This document shows positions 37,513 through 46,141 of a stretch of 57,836 nucleotides of DNA, one piece after another. This DNA is from Longimicrobium sp. (lineage in GTDB: Bacteria; Gemmatimonadota; Gemmatimonadetes; Longimicrobiales; Longimicrobiaceae): NCBI GenBank assembly GCA_036399995.1, contig DASWMA010000510.1, positions 1 through 57,836 on the forward strand, read 5' to 3'. Made by a program: the position numbers and the translations under genes. The notes beneath the pieces were generated by a model. It was given only the letters and a program-made list of their open reading frames with translations. It had not been told where the DNA came from and did no database searches. The stretch's first letter is position 1; every line of letters starts with the position of its first letter.

Positions 37513-37535
37513 CGATGGCGGGGTGATGATGAAGC

Positions 37536-37572
37536 AGAGCGGGCCGCCTTCAGATCGAGGCGGCCCGCTCTC
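37536..37572. terminator. Hairpin between convergent genes
   Basis: AGAGCGGGCCGCCT...AGGCGGCCCGCTCT. Confidence 0.7.
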
Positions 37573-37579
37573 TTCGTGT

Positions 37580-37948
37580 TCACTCAGGATCCCCGATCAG
37601 GCCTCTTAGAACTTCGCGGAGGTCGCTGGTGAACGCCGGCTTCAGCAGCCAGGCGGACGCATTCGCCACGGCCTTCGGGTAACGGAATCGGGCGAGCGGA
37701 TCGGCCGTGATCACCACCACGGGCAGGGCCGGATCGGACAGGTGCAGCGAATAGAGCAGGTCCAGGCCGTGTTCACCCGGCAGCGTGACGTCCAGCAGAA
37801 TCACGTCGGGACGGCGTTCGGCCAGCATCGCACGGGCCCGGGACACCGTATGCGCGTGCACGGTGGCGTATCCGTAGTGTTGCAAGAGCACCCCAAGTAT
37901 TTCGTGCTGATCCTCGTCGTCATCAACCACCAACACCAGCTTCATCAT
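37580..37948 (-). CDS. Single-domain response regulator
   Basis: VLVVDDD, LLDVTLP, VITA, KP. Confidence 0.85.
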   Translation of the reverse strand: MMKLVLVVDDDEDQHEILGVLLQHYGYATVHAHTVSRARAMLAERRPDVILLDVTLPGEHGLDLLYSLHLSDPALPVVVITADPLARFRYPKAVANASAWLLKPAFTSDLREVLRGLIGDPE

Positions 37949-38432
37949 TTCTCCGCGCGGCGTTCGGGCCAGCAATCGCATAGGGACGAACGGCAGCAGA
38001 AAACCGTCACGTGCATCTCAGCGGACGATCGCCGTTCGCCGCCGGCCAGGAGCCGGGGATCTGCCGCTGGAACGGGCCGGCCGCGCGGTGAACGCCCGCC
38101 CGGCCAGCAGCCCGCGGTGCGCGGCCGTGGCAAACGGCGGGTGATGACGAACGACGGGGCCGCTCCCATGCACGGGGCGGCCCGCTCTGCTTCGTCTGGT
38201 CGATGGTCCTGATCTGTGCGCAATCCCTCGCGGGAGTCGCGCTCTCGGCGGTGATGCCAGGCCCGCAACGACAGGGCTCTCACGGAGGACCCGGAGGTTC
38301 ACGGCGGACGTTCGCCAGCGCCCGGGGCACCGGCCGATGCGTCCCGAAGGTCCGTCTTGGGTGCGGGTTATGCATCGGTCCCCGGCCGTTCACCAGGCAC
38401 TCTTTTGTCCAACGAAGAACCAGGAGGCGCAG

Positions 38433-38903
38433 ATGAGAAGCGCGAAGCTGCTCGTGCTCGCCGTGCTGATCGCGGCGTGTTCGCGGACCGTGAAGGTCGA
38501 GTCGGACCCCGGCTCGGGGAAGGTGGACGTGGACGTGGGGCGCGCCGGCGCGGCCCAGGGGTGGAGAGGCACGCTGAGCGCCGTGGGCGGGTCGGGGATC
38601 ACCGGCACGGCCAGCGGCACCAGCGCCAACGACATGACGCACGTCACCGTGAACGTGATGGGCGCGCAGGCCGGCGCTCGGCTGCCTTGGCACGTGCACG
38701 AGGGCAAGTGCGGCGACGCCAACCCGCCCATCGTGGGCCCGCCGACGGCGTATCCGCCGCTGGTGGTGGGCGCGGACGGCCGCGCCACGGCGCAGGCGCA
38801 CCTGAACCTCGACCTGAACGAGGCGAAGAGCTACATCGTCAACGTCCACGCGTCGCCGACGAACCTGGGGACCATCGTCTCCTGCGGCGACTACAACGAT
38901 TGA
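38433..38903 (+). CDS. Lipoprotein with Cu/Zn-SOD-like or CHRD-like small domain
   Basis: LIAAC lipobox; PWHVHEGKC ... VNVH ... VSCGD; AGGAGG RBS. Confidence 0.7.
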   Translation: MRSAKLLVLAVLIAACSRTVKVESDPGSGKVDVDVGRAGAAQGWRGTLSAVGGSGITGTASGTSANDMTHVTVNVMGAQAGARLPWHVHEGKCGDANPPIVGPPTAYPPLVVGADGRATAQAHLNLDLNEAKSYIVNVHASPTNLGTIVSCGDYND

Positions 38904-39184
38904 GCCAGTTGGGGAGCGCAGCCGTTGACGGGTTCTGGCTGGGATCGGCGAGCCGGCGAGGTGGTGCCCTAATCGCCCTGGGCTGAGCGGCAGCGGGGCG
39001 GAGCGGGGAGCGGAGAACCGGCGCTCGCGGCGCTCGCCGAATGGGTGACTCGGCACACGAGCTCGACGGGAACCACCTCGGAGGTTCGCGCCGCCGCCAC
39101 GATGGTTCGTGGCGGCGGCGGGCGGAGTGCCGTCAGCCGCGCGTTTCGTCGCGATCCCCCGCATGTTCAGAATTGCCCGGGTAC

Positions 39185-42100
39185 TCAGGGCGACTGGAAG
39201 TTTTCCAGTGTCTCGAGAAGGAAGAGGATTTCGGCCCTCATCTGCCAGTGGAGCTCGGGAGCCGCGGCGACATCGGGGTCGCGTTGTCCAGCAACGATGC
39301 CTTGCAGGGCAGCGATGTAGTGGTGCAACTCGACGGCTTTGGGAGTGGCGGCGAGTTCCTGGAGGGCGGCGGCAGCCTGCTCCGATTCGCCCGAGATCAA
39401 ATCGAGGGTGACCGTGAGAGCAATGCGGCCCAAAATGGAATGGTTTTCACCGCCCTCGCGCCGGTAGGCCAGGAATGAAGCAACGGCCTCGCGTCTGGCC
39501 TCGTCAGCGGCGGTGTCGTTTCCGGCATCGAGCTCGATCTCGGCGAGATTCGCCCACATCTTCCACGGTTCGAGCGCGTTGCCGAACTGCGCGGCGCATT
39601 TGATTGCCCGGCGGATCTCTTCTCGTGCCTCACCGGAGCGGCCGAGGTTGCGCAGCCGGACGGCCAGATTGCTTCTGTTCCGTCCTTCCCCTGCCACATC
39701 GCCGACTTCGACATATTTGTCCACCGCTCGCTTGAGGAAAACCACGGCTTCCTCCGTCCGTCCCATCTCGGTGTCGTACAGCAGTCCGAGATTCCCGAGT
39801 GTGGCGGCTTGGCCAGAAACGTATTCGCGCTGCACGAAGATCGCGAGCGCGCTCCGATAAGCATCCTCCGCAGCTTCGGGCCGGCCGGATTGATGGTGCA
39901 CCATGCCGATCTGATTCCAGCATTCGGCCACCGTGACTGGCTCGTTCAGCTTGGTGAACATCTCGCGTGCCTCGGCGTAAGCCTCCAGTGCCTCCGGGTA
40001 GTGACGTTGCGAGATGTGGACATTGCCGAGCTTGGATTTCCCGCTGGCGACGTGCCGCTCGATCCCGAGCTTTTCCGCGCGCTGGATAAATTCTTCGTAC
40101 GCTCCCGCGGCTTCTTCGAGCCTGCCCAAGCCGCGGAGACAATCGCCTCGGTCCGAGAAGCAGGTGCACAGCATCGTCGCCGCACGGCCCGGCGTATCTC
40201 GCTCGATATCCTCGAATCGATCCCGAGCCTCGTCCACCAGCGGCAGGGCCCTCTCCGAACTGCCGATGCTCTCCAGGACGCGGCCCAAGACGAAACACGC
40301 GATCGCCAGATGGTAGTCCGCGCCGGGATACGCCCGCTCTCCCGCGGCCCGGGCGCTCCGCAGCAGTTCCTGCGCCCCCTCGAGTGCCTCACGCATGCGA
40401 CCGGCGAGCCGTTGCTGTTCGATCCGGGTCTGTTGCACGGTGAACTGCGCGGCATTCCACGTCTGGCCTAAGGCTGCCGCCGCGGTATCGCGCACCCGCG
40501 TCACTTGTTCGAGCAGGCGTGGATTGCCATGCGCCTGCACGAGGCTGTAGAGCGCACCCGTCAACCTGATTACCGATTCCGCATCCCACTGTCGTTGGGT
40601 GTGAGCGAGGAACGCGAACAGGTTCGGCAACCCCAGTCTGGTGAGCGTTGCGGACATCTCGGCGTTCCGAGACTGTTCCTTCACGAGAAAACCGACATAC
40701 CCCTGCATTGCATCGTTCCAGCGGGCTTCGAGCGTTCCGCGCTCCGCGGGGTCCATCCGCGCCCGGAGGTATGGGCAGAGCGCCGGGTTGAGCGTTAGGT
40801 GGTTGTATGGATCGACGGTCGCCAAGCCGGTGTCGATCAGCTCGATCGCCAGCGAGGCTACCTCCGGGGCCTCCCACTCCATCATCGCGCGAAGCATGTC
40901 CAGATCGACCACTCCATGGAATACGCCTAGCACACGCGCCCTCTCCTGGTTGACGGGCGAAAGGCGGCGGAGGGAGAGAGCGACGCTGGCAAAGAGGGAA
41001 TGCTCCCGATCGCCCGGGAACACACGCTCCATCTCCCCCATCAGCTCGACCAGCGACGCACGCGTGGCCTCCACGCCCTTGGCGCGCAGCGCCGGTGCCA
41101 GTAGCGCCAGGGTACGGGCATGGCCGTGCACGGTGTCCACCAGTTGCTCGATCTCTTCCCGCGCGGCGTCGCTGGAAGCGTTTCCGCTTCCATCGTCGGC
41201 CGAAACGGCCAGGACGCGCTCCACCAGCTTCACCGCGTCTTCGCGACCCAGCCGGTGCAGCTCGAGCCGGTACCTCGCCGCGTCGAACGGCGCGGGGAGC
41301 GGCTCGCGGCTGGTGAAGACCAGGCGCGTCTCGCCCGTTCCGCCCAAGCGTGCGCATAGCTCCAGGATCGAGTCGAGCTCGTTCCGCGTTTCCTCCACCA
41401 AGGCATCCGGGGTCTGTGCCGCCACGAAGGGCGGCAGCAGGATGCTCTCCATGTTGTCCACCACCAGCAGCGTCGGCTGCTCGCGGAGGGCGCGCTCAAC
41501 GGGGAGGAGGGCCTGCTCCAGGCCTTCGAACACCGCCACCGAGTACCCTGGCACCAGCTGGCGCCCCACAGCATCGAGCACGGCGGCGGCGTGGCTGTGC
41601 GTCTCGACGGAGACGAACGCGGCCCGCCGGACCTGGTGCGAGCGCACCATCCAGCGGGCGAACTCGGCGGCGAGCGCGGTCTTCCCTTCGCCGCCTTGGC
41701 CGCGCACTACGGCGTAGCGCTCGTGGCGCAGGAGCCGCTGGAGCCAGAGCAGCTCGCGGCTGCGCCCCACAAAGCCGGTCTCCGGCTCGGGCGGCAGCTC
41801 GCCTAGGCAGGCGCGGAGCCGCGTGAGAAAATCCTCCCGCGTCTGCGGCGGCGGGGTAGTGCGGAACAGCTGCGGGTCGTCGCGCTCCTGGAAGAGCACC
41901 GGGACGAACCAGTCCTCCAGCCGCAGCTCTCCGGCGCCTAAGACGCGGCCGCGCGTGGCGTCGTCCTTGAGCCGGCGCTGCCCTTCGAGCATGGCGTCGC
42001 CCACGCGGGAGCCGCGGGCGAGCGCGTCGTAGAACGCCTCCACGAAGCGGCGCGCGGTCTCCACCAGCACGCTGTGGCTCATGGCCACCACCGAGGCCAC

Positions 42101-43570
42101 GCCCGCACCGAGCAGCGCGGAGGCGACCGATTCCGAAGCCTGCTCCGCCTGCGCCGTCTGGCAGGCTTCGAGAAAGACGAGCGGCACCCGGTGGTCGCGG
42201 AGGAGGGGGCCGATCTCGTCGGTGAAGACCGTAGCGTGGCGGCGCATCTCCAGCTTTGCCGTGTCTTCCGGCGCCTCGAAGCACAGACCGCCCAGCCCCA
42301 CTCGGCGGTCGTAGACACCGTGGCCATCGAAGTGGACCACGTGATACGGCTCGCGGGCGCGACGGGCGCGGTCGAGCTCGCCGCGCAGCGCGGTGAGCGT
42401 GGGCGGGCTGAGCACGTGGATGTGCACGAGCCCCGGCAACGCCTCCATGGCCTCTACCAGCGGCAGCGCACTCGCGCGGTGGTCGATGTAGCCGCAGGCG
42501 TCGTCCTCCGGGCGCGCGGTGACCAGCAGGATGCGGATGGGCGGGGCGACGACGGGGACGGCGAGGGGGTTCTTGTTCGGCAGGCGGCGGCGGACCCGCG
42601 TGGGCTTGGCGCCTTGGAAGAGAAATCCGCGGCCGTCGTGGAGTAGCTCCCACGGGAGGGCGAGGAGCGCGGTTGCCGCTTCCTGGGCCGCGGCGACATC
42701 GACCTCGGGCGCGCCGAACTCGACCTCCGCGTTCACGTGCACCGAGAAGCGGCGTCCCGCTCGGTCATCGATCCGCGCCCAAGCTTGCATGACGTTGGAC
42801 GTGTGCGCCACGGGCATGGCGGCATCGTGCAGGAGACGGCCCCACGTCACCAGGCTCTCCTCCACCTTGCGCGCGCGGTCGCGGAAGAACTCGCTGGGCC
42901 AGACGGCGTACTTCTCCAAGTACCAGCGCAGCTCCTCCCCTTCGATCGGCCCCAGCGGTGCGATCATGCGCCAGCTCTGGGCGCTGACCACCTCGGGCTG
43001 ACCCGGCGTGGCGGAGTGATGGACGAGCCGCGCCCGGGCCGAGGCGCGGCGTATGCCCTCCTGCTCGTGAAACCTGAGGTCGGTGAGCTCCAGGACCAGC
43101 TCTTCCAGCGGCTCGGGATCGGGCTGGGGGGTGTCGGCCACATCGTCGGGGAGCCGCTTGCCGAGGGCGACCAAGATGGGGTGCACGGCATCGTCGATCC
43201 CCCCTGCGGCGCTGCTCACCGGGAGGTAGACCGGCTCCTCGTCGAAGAACTCCTCCAGCACGCCCAGCCGGGTCCCGTCCAACGCCAGCGGAACGACGGG
43301 ATAATTGTCCTTGCCGCGCGCCTTTCGAAGCTCGAGCGCGTACCGCAGCTCCTTGCCCACCCACCTGGACTGCAGCGCGTCGGGGCTGACCACCACGGCA
43401 TAGCCCGAAGCCGCTTCGAGCGCGCTCTCTATCTCGGACCACAGCGGATCGCCGCCGCGCAGCTCACGGCAATCGATCCACCCTGGCTGGCCGTGAAGCT
43501 CGAGCGCTGTGCGCAGATCGCGCACGAAGGCGTCGTCGTGCGAGCTGTGGGAGATAAAGAGGCTGGTCAT
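39185..43570 (-). CDS. TIR + CHAT (caspase-like) + STAND NTPase + TPR multidomain protein
   Basis: TIR: FISHSSHD, SRWVGKEL; CHAT: HFDGHG and LEAC; NTPase: FVGRSREL, GQGGEGKT, LLVVDNME, FTSRE; C-terminal TPR-like repeats. Confidence 0.88.
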   Translation of the reverse strand: MTSLFISHSSHDDAFVRDLRTALELHGQPGWIDCRELRGGDPLWSEIESALEAASGYAVVVSPDALQSRWVGKELRYALELRKARGKDNYPVVPLALDGTRLGVLEEFFDEEPVYLPVSSAAGGIDDAVHPILVALGKRLPDDVADTPQPDPEPLEELVLELTDLRFHEQEGIRRASARARLVHHSATPGQPEVVSAQSWRMIAPLGPIEGEELRWYLEKYAVWPSEFFRDRARKVEESLVTWGRLLHDAAMPVAHTSNVMQAWARIDDRAGRRFSVHVNAEVEFGAPEVDVAAAQEAATALLALPWELLHDGRGFLFQGAKPTRVRRRLPNKNPLAVPVVAPPIRILLVTARPEDDACGYIDHRASALPLVEAMEALPGLVHIHVLSPPTLTALRGELDRARRAREPYHVVHFDGHGVYDRRVGLGGLCFEAPEDTAKLEMRRHATVFTDEIGPLLRDHRVPLVFLEACQTAQAEQASESVASALLGAGVASVVAMSHSVLVETARRFVEAFYDALARGSRVGDAMLEGQRRLKDDATRGRVLGAGELRLEDWFVPVLFQERDDPQLFRTTPPPQTREDFLTRLRACLGELPPEPETGFVGRSRELLWLQRLLRHERYAVVRGQGGEGKTALAAEFARWMVRSHQVRRAAFVSVETHSHAAAVLDAVGRQLVPGYSVAVFEGLEQALLPVERALREQPTLLVVDNMESILLPPFVAAQTPDALVEETRNELDSILELCARLGGTGETRLVFTSREPLPAPFDAARYRLELHRLGREDAVKLVERVLAVSADDGSGNASSDAAREEIEQLVDTVHGHARTLALLAPALRAKGVEATRASLVELMGEMERVFPGDREHSLFASVALSLRRLSPVNQERARVLGVFHGVVDLDMLRAMMEWEAPEVASLAIELIDTGLATVDPYNHLTLNPALCPYLRARMDPAERGTLEARWNDAMQGYVGFLVKEQSRNAEMSATLTRLGLPNLFAFLAHTQRQWDAESVIRLTGALYSLVQAHGNPRLLEQVTRVRDTAAAALGQTWNAAQFTVQQTRIEQQRLAGRMREALEGAQELLRSARAAGERAYPGADYHLAIACFVLGRVLESIGSSERALPLVDEARDRFEDIERDTPGRAATMLCTCFSDRGDCLRGLGRLEEAAGAYEEFIQRAEKLGIERHVASGKSKLGNVHISQRHYPEALEAYAEAREMFTKLNEPVTVAECWNQIGMVHHQSGRPEAAEDAYRSALAIFVQREYVSGQAATLGNLGLLYDTEMGRTEEAVVFLKRAVDKYVEVGDVAGEGRNRSNLAVRLRNLGRSGEAREEIRRAIKCAAQFGNALEPWKMWANLAEIELDAGNDTAADEARREAVASFLAYRREGGENHSILGRIALTVTLDLISGESEQAAAALQELAATPKAVELHHYIAALQGIVAGQRDPDVAAAPELHWQMRAEILFLLETLENFQSP

Positions 43571-43688
43571 CGGCGAAAAAGGGAACACGTCTCATGCGAA
43601 CCGTAGGAGCCGAACTCTGACCAAGAAGATCGAACCGGGGGTGCTGCGCAAGGGCAAGCCCATAAACCGAAACAGCGGTGCAGTTAAA

Positions 43689-43860
43689 AGCCTCGCGCAG
43701 TTTGCGAGGCTTCTCGTCGTTGTTGCTGCGGCGCTGCGGCTTCAGCCGCCGGTGAGATCGCCGGGCGTGCGCGGATCCTGGGGCGAGCCACGGTGCCTGA
43801 CCCCACAGCCTCGCACGGTTTGCGAGGCTTCGTGCCGTTCTAGCTGCGGCTTGAGCCGCC
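43689..43860 (-). repeat. Two tandem dual-hairpin REP-like elements (family A1, reverse): 43689-43750 and 43807-43860
   Basis: agcctcgcgcagtttgcgaggct...gcggcttcagccgcc and a variant with compensated stems. Confidence 0.85.
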
Positions 43861-44652
43861 TGTCGCGACCTCCGCCGGCACCTCGCCGATCCGGAAGCGG
43901 TGGCGCACCTCGCTCCATCCCTCGGCCGCGGGGAGGGTGGTGGTGCGCTCCGTCAGCGACACCTCGCCGTCGCGGCCGACCAGCAGCACGGTTGACGAGC
44001 GGGTGCCGTACTCGGGCGTGGCGATGAAGGCGCTGGAGAGCGCGCGCTCGCGCTCGTCGCCCACGCCGGTGCGCGGCAGCTCGGCGTCGGGCGCGGGGTC
44101 GCGGCGGGCGAGCGAGGCGAAGAGCCGCTCCTCCAGCGCGTCGTCGGGCCCTTCCATCGCCTGGCGCAGGTCGCTTTTCCCCAGAACCACCTTGGGCCAG
44201 GGGGTGTCGAGAAAGGCGTTGCTCACGCCGTACACGCCCGGCGGCAGCGTGCGCATCCCCGGCTGGCGGTTCGAGAACCAGGCCAGCGTGGCGCCATCGA
44301 ACACCAGCAGGTTGAAACCGTTGTACACCGGCGCCGTAGGCATCAGGGCGGCCACGCAGGCCAGTGACGGCGCGCGGCTCAGCAGGAAGTTGCCCACCAG
44401 GTGGCCCCGCGACGGCGCGCCCGTGCGGTACGCCTGCGGCTCGCGCACGTTGGTGACCGCGGCGAAGCGTCCGTCGCGCGTCACCCCCATCCAGGTGCCG
44501 CCCTCGCGCAGGTCGCGCCCGGCCAGCACGCGTGGCGCGTCTGGCCACCAGCCGGCCGGGGTGGTGGGGCGGGCGTAGAACTCGTCGCGGTTGGCGGCCA
44601 CGATCAGCCGGTAGCGCGGATGCGTTTCCCAGGCGAGCAGAACCAGGCACAT
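43840..44652 (-). CDS. NRDE/TANGO2 family protein
   Basis: MCL...AANRDEFY.RPT, GRD...GGTW, TN.R, SRG, YNGFNL, SN...D.PWPK, YGTRSST. Confidence 0.92.
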   Translation of the reverse strand: MCLVLLAWETHPRYRLIVAANRDEFYARPTTPAGWWPDAPRVLAGRDLREGGTWMGVTRDGRFAAVTNVREPQAYRTGAPSRGHLVGNFLLSRAPSLACVAALMPTAPVYNGFNLLVFDGATLAWFSNRQPGMRTLPPGVYGVSNAFLDTPWPKVVLGKSDLRQAMEGPDDALEERLFASLARRDPAPDAELPRTGVGDERERALSSAFIATPEYGTRSSTVLLVGRDGEVSLTERTTTLPAAEGWSEVRHRFRIGEVPAEVATGGSSRS

Positions 44653-44766
44653 GGCAGGCGGGTGCGGGGCACGTGCAACGCGTTTAGCTTCCGCCCGCAA
44701 TCTACCGCGGCGGGGTGCCGGCCACGACCCCGCCTTCTCACGTGATCGCACCGACCCGAGAGCACG

Positions 44767-45660
44767 ATGCAGCAGCACCGCACCCGCTCCGCCGCCCTCG
44801 CCCCGTGCCTGCTGGCCGCCGCCCTGGCCGCCTGCGGGGGCGATCCGCCGCGCGAGCCCGCCCAGACGCCGCCGCCGCCGCACACCTCCATCGTGGCGGC
44901 GGGCGACATCGCCAGCTGCTGGTGGCGCAGCGACGAGGGCACCGCGCGGCTGCTCGACATCACCGGCGGGATCGTGGCCCCGCTGGGCGACGTGGTGTAC
45001 TCCAGCGGCACGGCCCAGCAGTTCGCGCGCTGCTACCACCCCACCTGGGGCCGCCACAAGGCGCGCACCCGCCCCGCCATCGGCAACCACGAGTACCGCA
45101 CGGAGAACGGCGGGCCGTATTACGCGTACTTCGGCAAGGCCGCGGGCGAGCCGGGGAAGGGCTGGTACAGCTACGACGTGGACGGCTGGCACGTGGTGGT
45201 GCTCAACACCGAGGTCGAGCTGGGCGAAGAGTCCGAGCAGATGGCGTGGCTGCGCCGCGACCTGCGCGAGCACCCGGCCAGGTGCACGCTGGCGTACATG
45301 CACCGCCCGCGCTTCAGCAGCGGCAAACATGGCGACTCGGAGCGGGTGAAGCCGCTGTTCACCGCGCTGTACGAGGGCGGCGTGGACGTGCTGCTGGGCG
45401 GGCACGACCACCTGTACGAGCGCTACGCCCCGCAGGACCCGGAGGGGCGCGAAGACCGCGCGCGCGGCGTGCGGCAGTTCGTGGTGGGCACCGGCGGCGC
45501 GCCCTTCTACGACCTGGCCGCGGCGGGGCCCAACAGCGAGGCGCGGCAGAACCACGTGCACGGCGTGCTGCGCCTGGTCTTCCACCCCGAGGGGTACGAC
45601 TGGGAGTTCGTGGGCGTGAACCAGACCTTCGCCGACCGCGGCAGCGACCGCTGCCACTGA
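44767..45660 (+). CDS. Lipoprotein metallophosphoesterase (calcineurin-like)
   Basis: LAAC lipobox; AAGDIA, LGD..Y, GNHEY, HRP, GHDHLYER. Confidence 0.88.
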   Translation: MQQHRTRSAALAPCLLAAALAACGGDPPREPAQTPPPPHTSIVAAGDIASCWWRSDEGTARLLDITGGIVAPLGDVVYSSGTAQQFARCYHPTWGRHKARTRPAIGNHEYRTENGGPYYAYFGKAAGEPGKGWYSYDVDGWHVVVLNTEVELGEESEQMAWLRRDLREHPARCTLAYMHRPRFSSGKHGDSERVKPLFTALYEGGVDVLLGGHDHLYERYAPQDPEGREDRARGVRQFVVGTGGAPFYDLAAAGPNSEARQNHVHGVLRLVFHPEGYDWEFVGVNQTFADRGSDRCH

Positions 45661-45766
45661 GGGCTTGGGTCAGGCGTGGACGGCGATATGAGTCCAGCCG
45701 TCGACCATCGACGTCCTTCCGAGAGCAATCACGGAGGATGAAAGAAGCCGCGACCCCGGTCGTTGA

Positions 45767-45828
45767 AGCCTCGCGCAGTTTGCGAGGCTTTTCGTCGTTG
45801 TTGCTGCGGCGCTGCGGCTTCAGCCGCC
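45767..45828 (-). repeat. Dual-hairpin REP-like element (family A1, reverse)
   Basis: Nearly identical to 43689-43750. Confidence 0.85.
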
Positions 45829-45892
45829 GGGTGGACGAGGCCTGATACCGCGTTGCAGGGCTTCGTTCGGGACGAAGATCCGAAAGGACATG

Positions 45893-45961
45893 TCTCACGC
45901 AGAGCAGCAGAGTAGCAGAGAACAGCCAGTCTCCTCCGCTTCTCTGCTGCTCTGCGTGAGA
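45893..45961. repeat. Long hairpin (family B)
   Basis: TCTCACGCAGAGCAGCAGAG... / ...CTCTGCTGCTCTGCGTGAGA. Confidence 0.8.
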
Positions 45962-46080
45962 TTCTTTGATGCTGGAACCAGAACGATGTCCGGTGACACC
46001 GTATGACTTCCGGTCAGCCGATCACGGGTCGATCGTAGCCCCGTCTCCTCCACTCCCCCTCACCCGATTGATCAAGACTC

Positions 46081-46124
46081 TTGACATTCGATTTGCCAAT
46101 ACGTATTAGCTAATACGCATTAGC
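46081..46124 (+). promoter_or_regulatory. Sigma-70 promoter overlapped by two tandem LacI-type operators
   Basis: TTGACA at 46081 and TATTAG 17 bp later; GCCAATACGTATTAGC (46095-46110) and GCTAATACGCATTAGC (46109-46124), each one mismatch from the palindrome GCTAATACGTATTAGC. Confidence 0.78.
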
Positions 46125-46141
46125 AACCCCACCCGCCCTGA

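Noticed and set aside
43689..43860. Possible mini CRISPR array
   Set aside because: Only two diverged copies of a dispersed REP-like element; no regular repeat-spacer period and no cas genes
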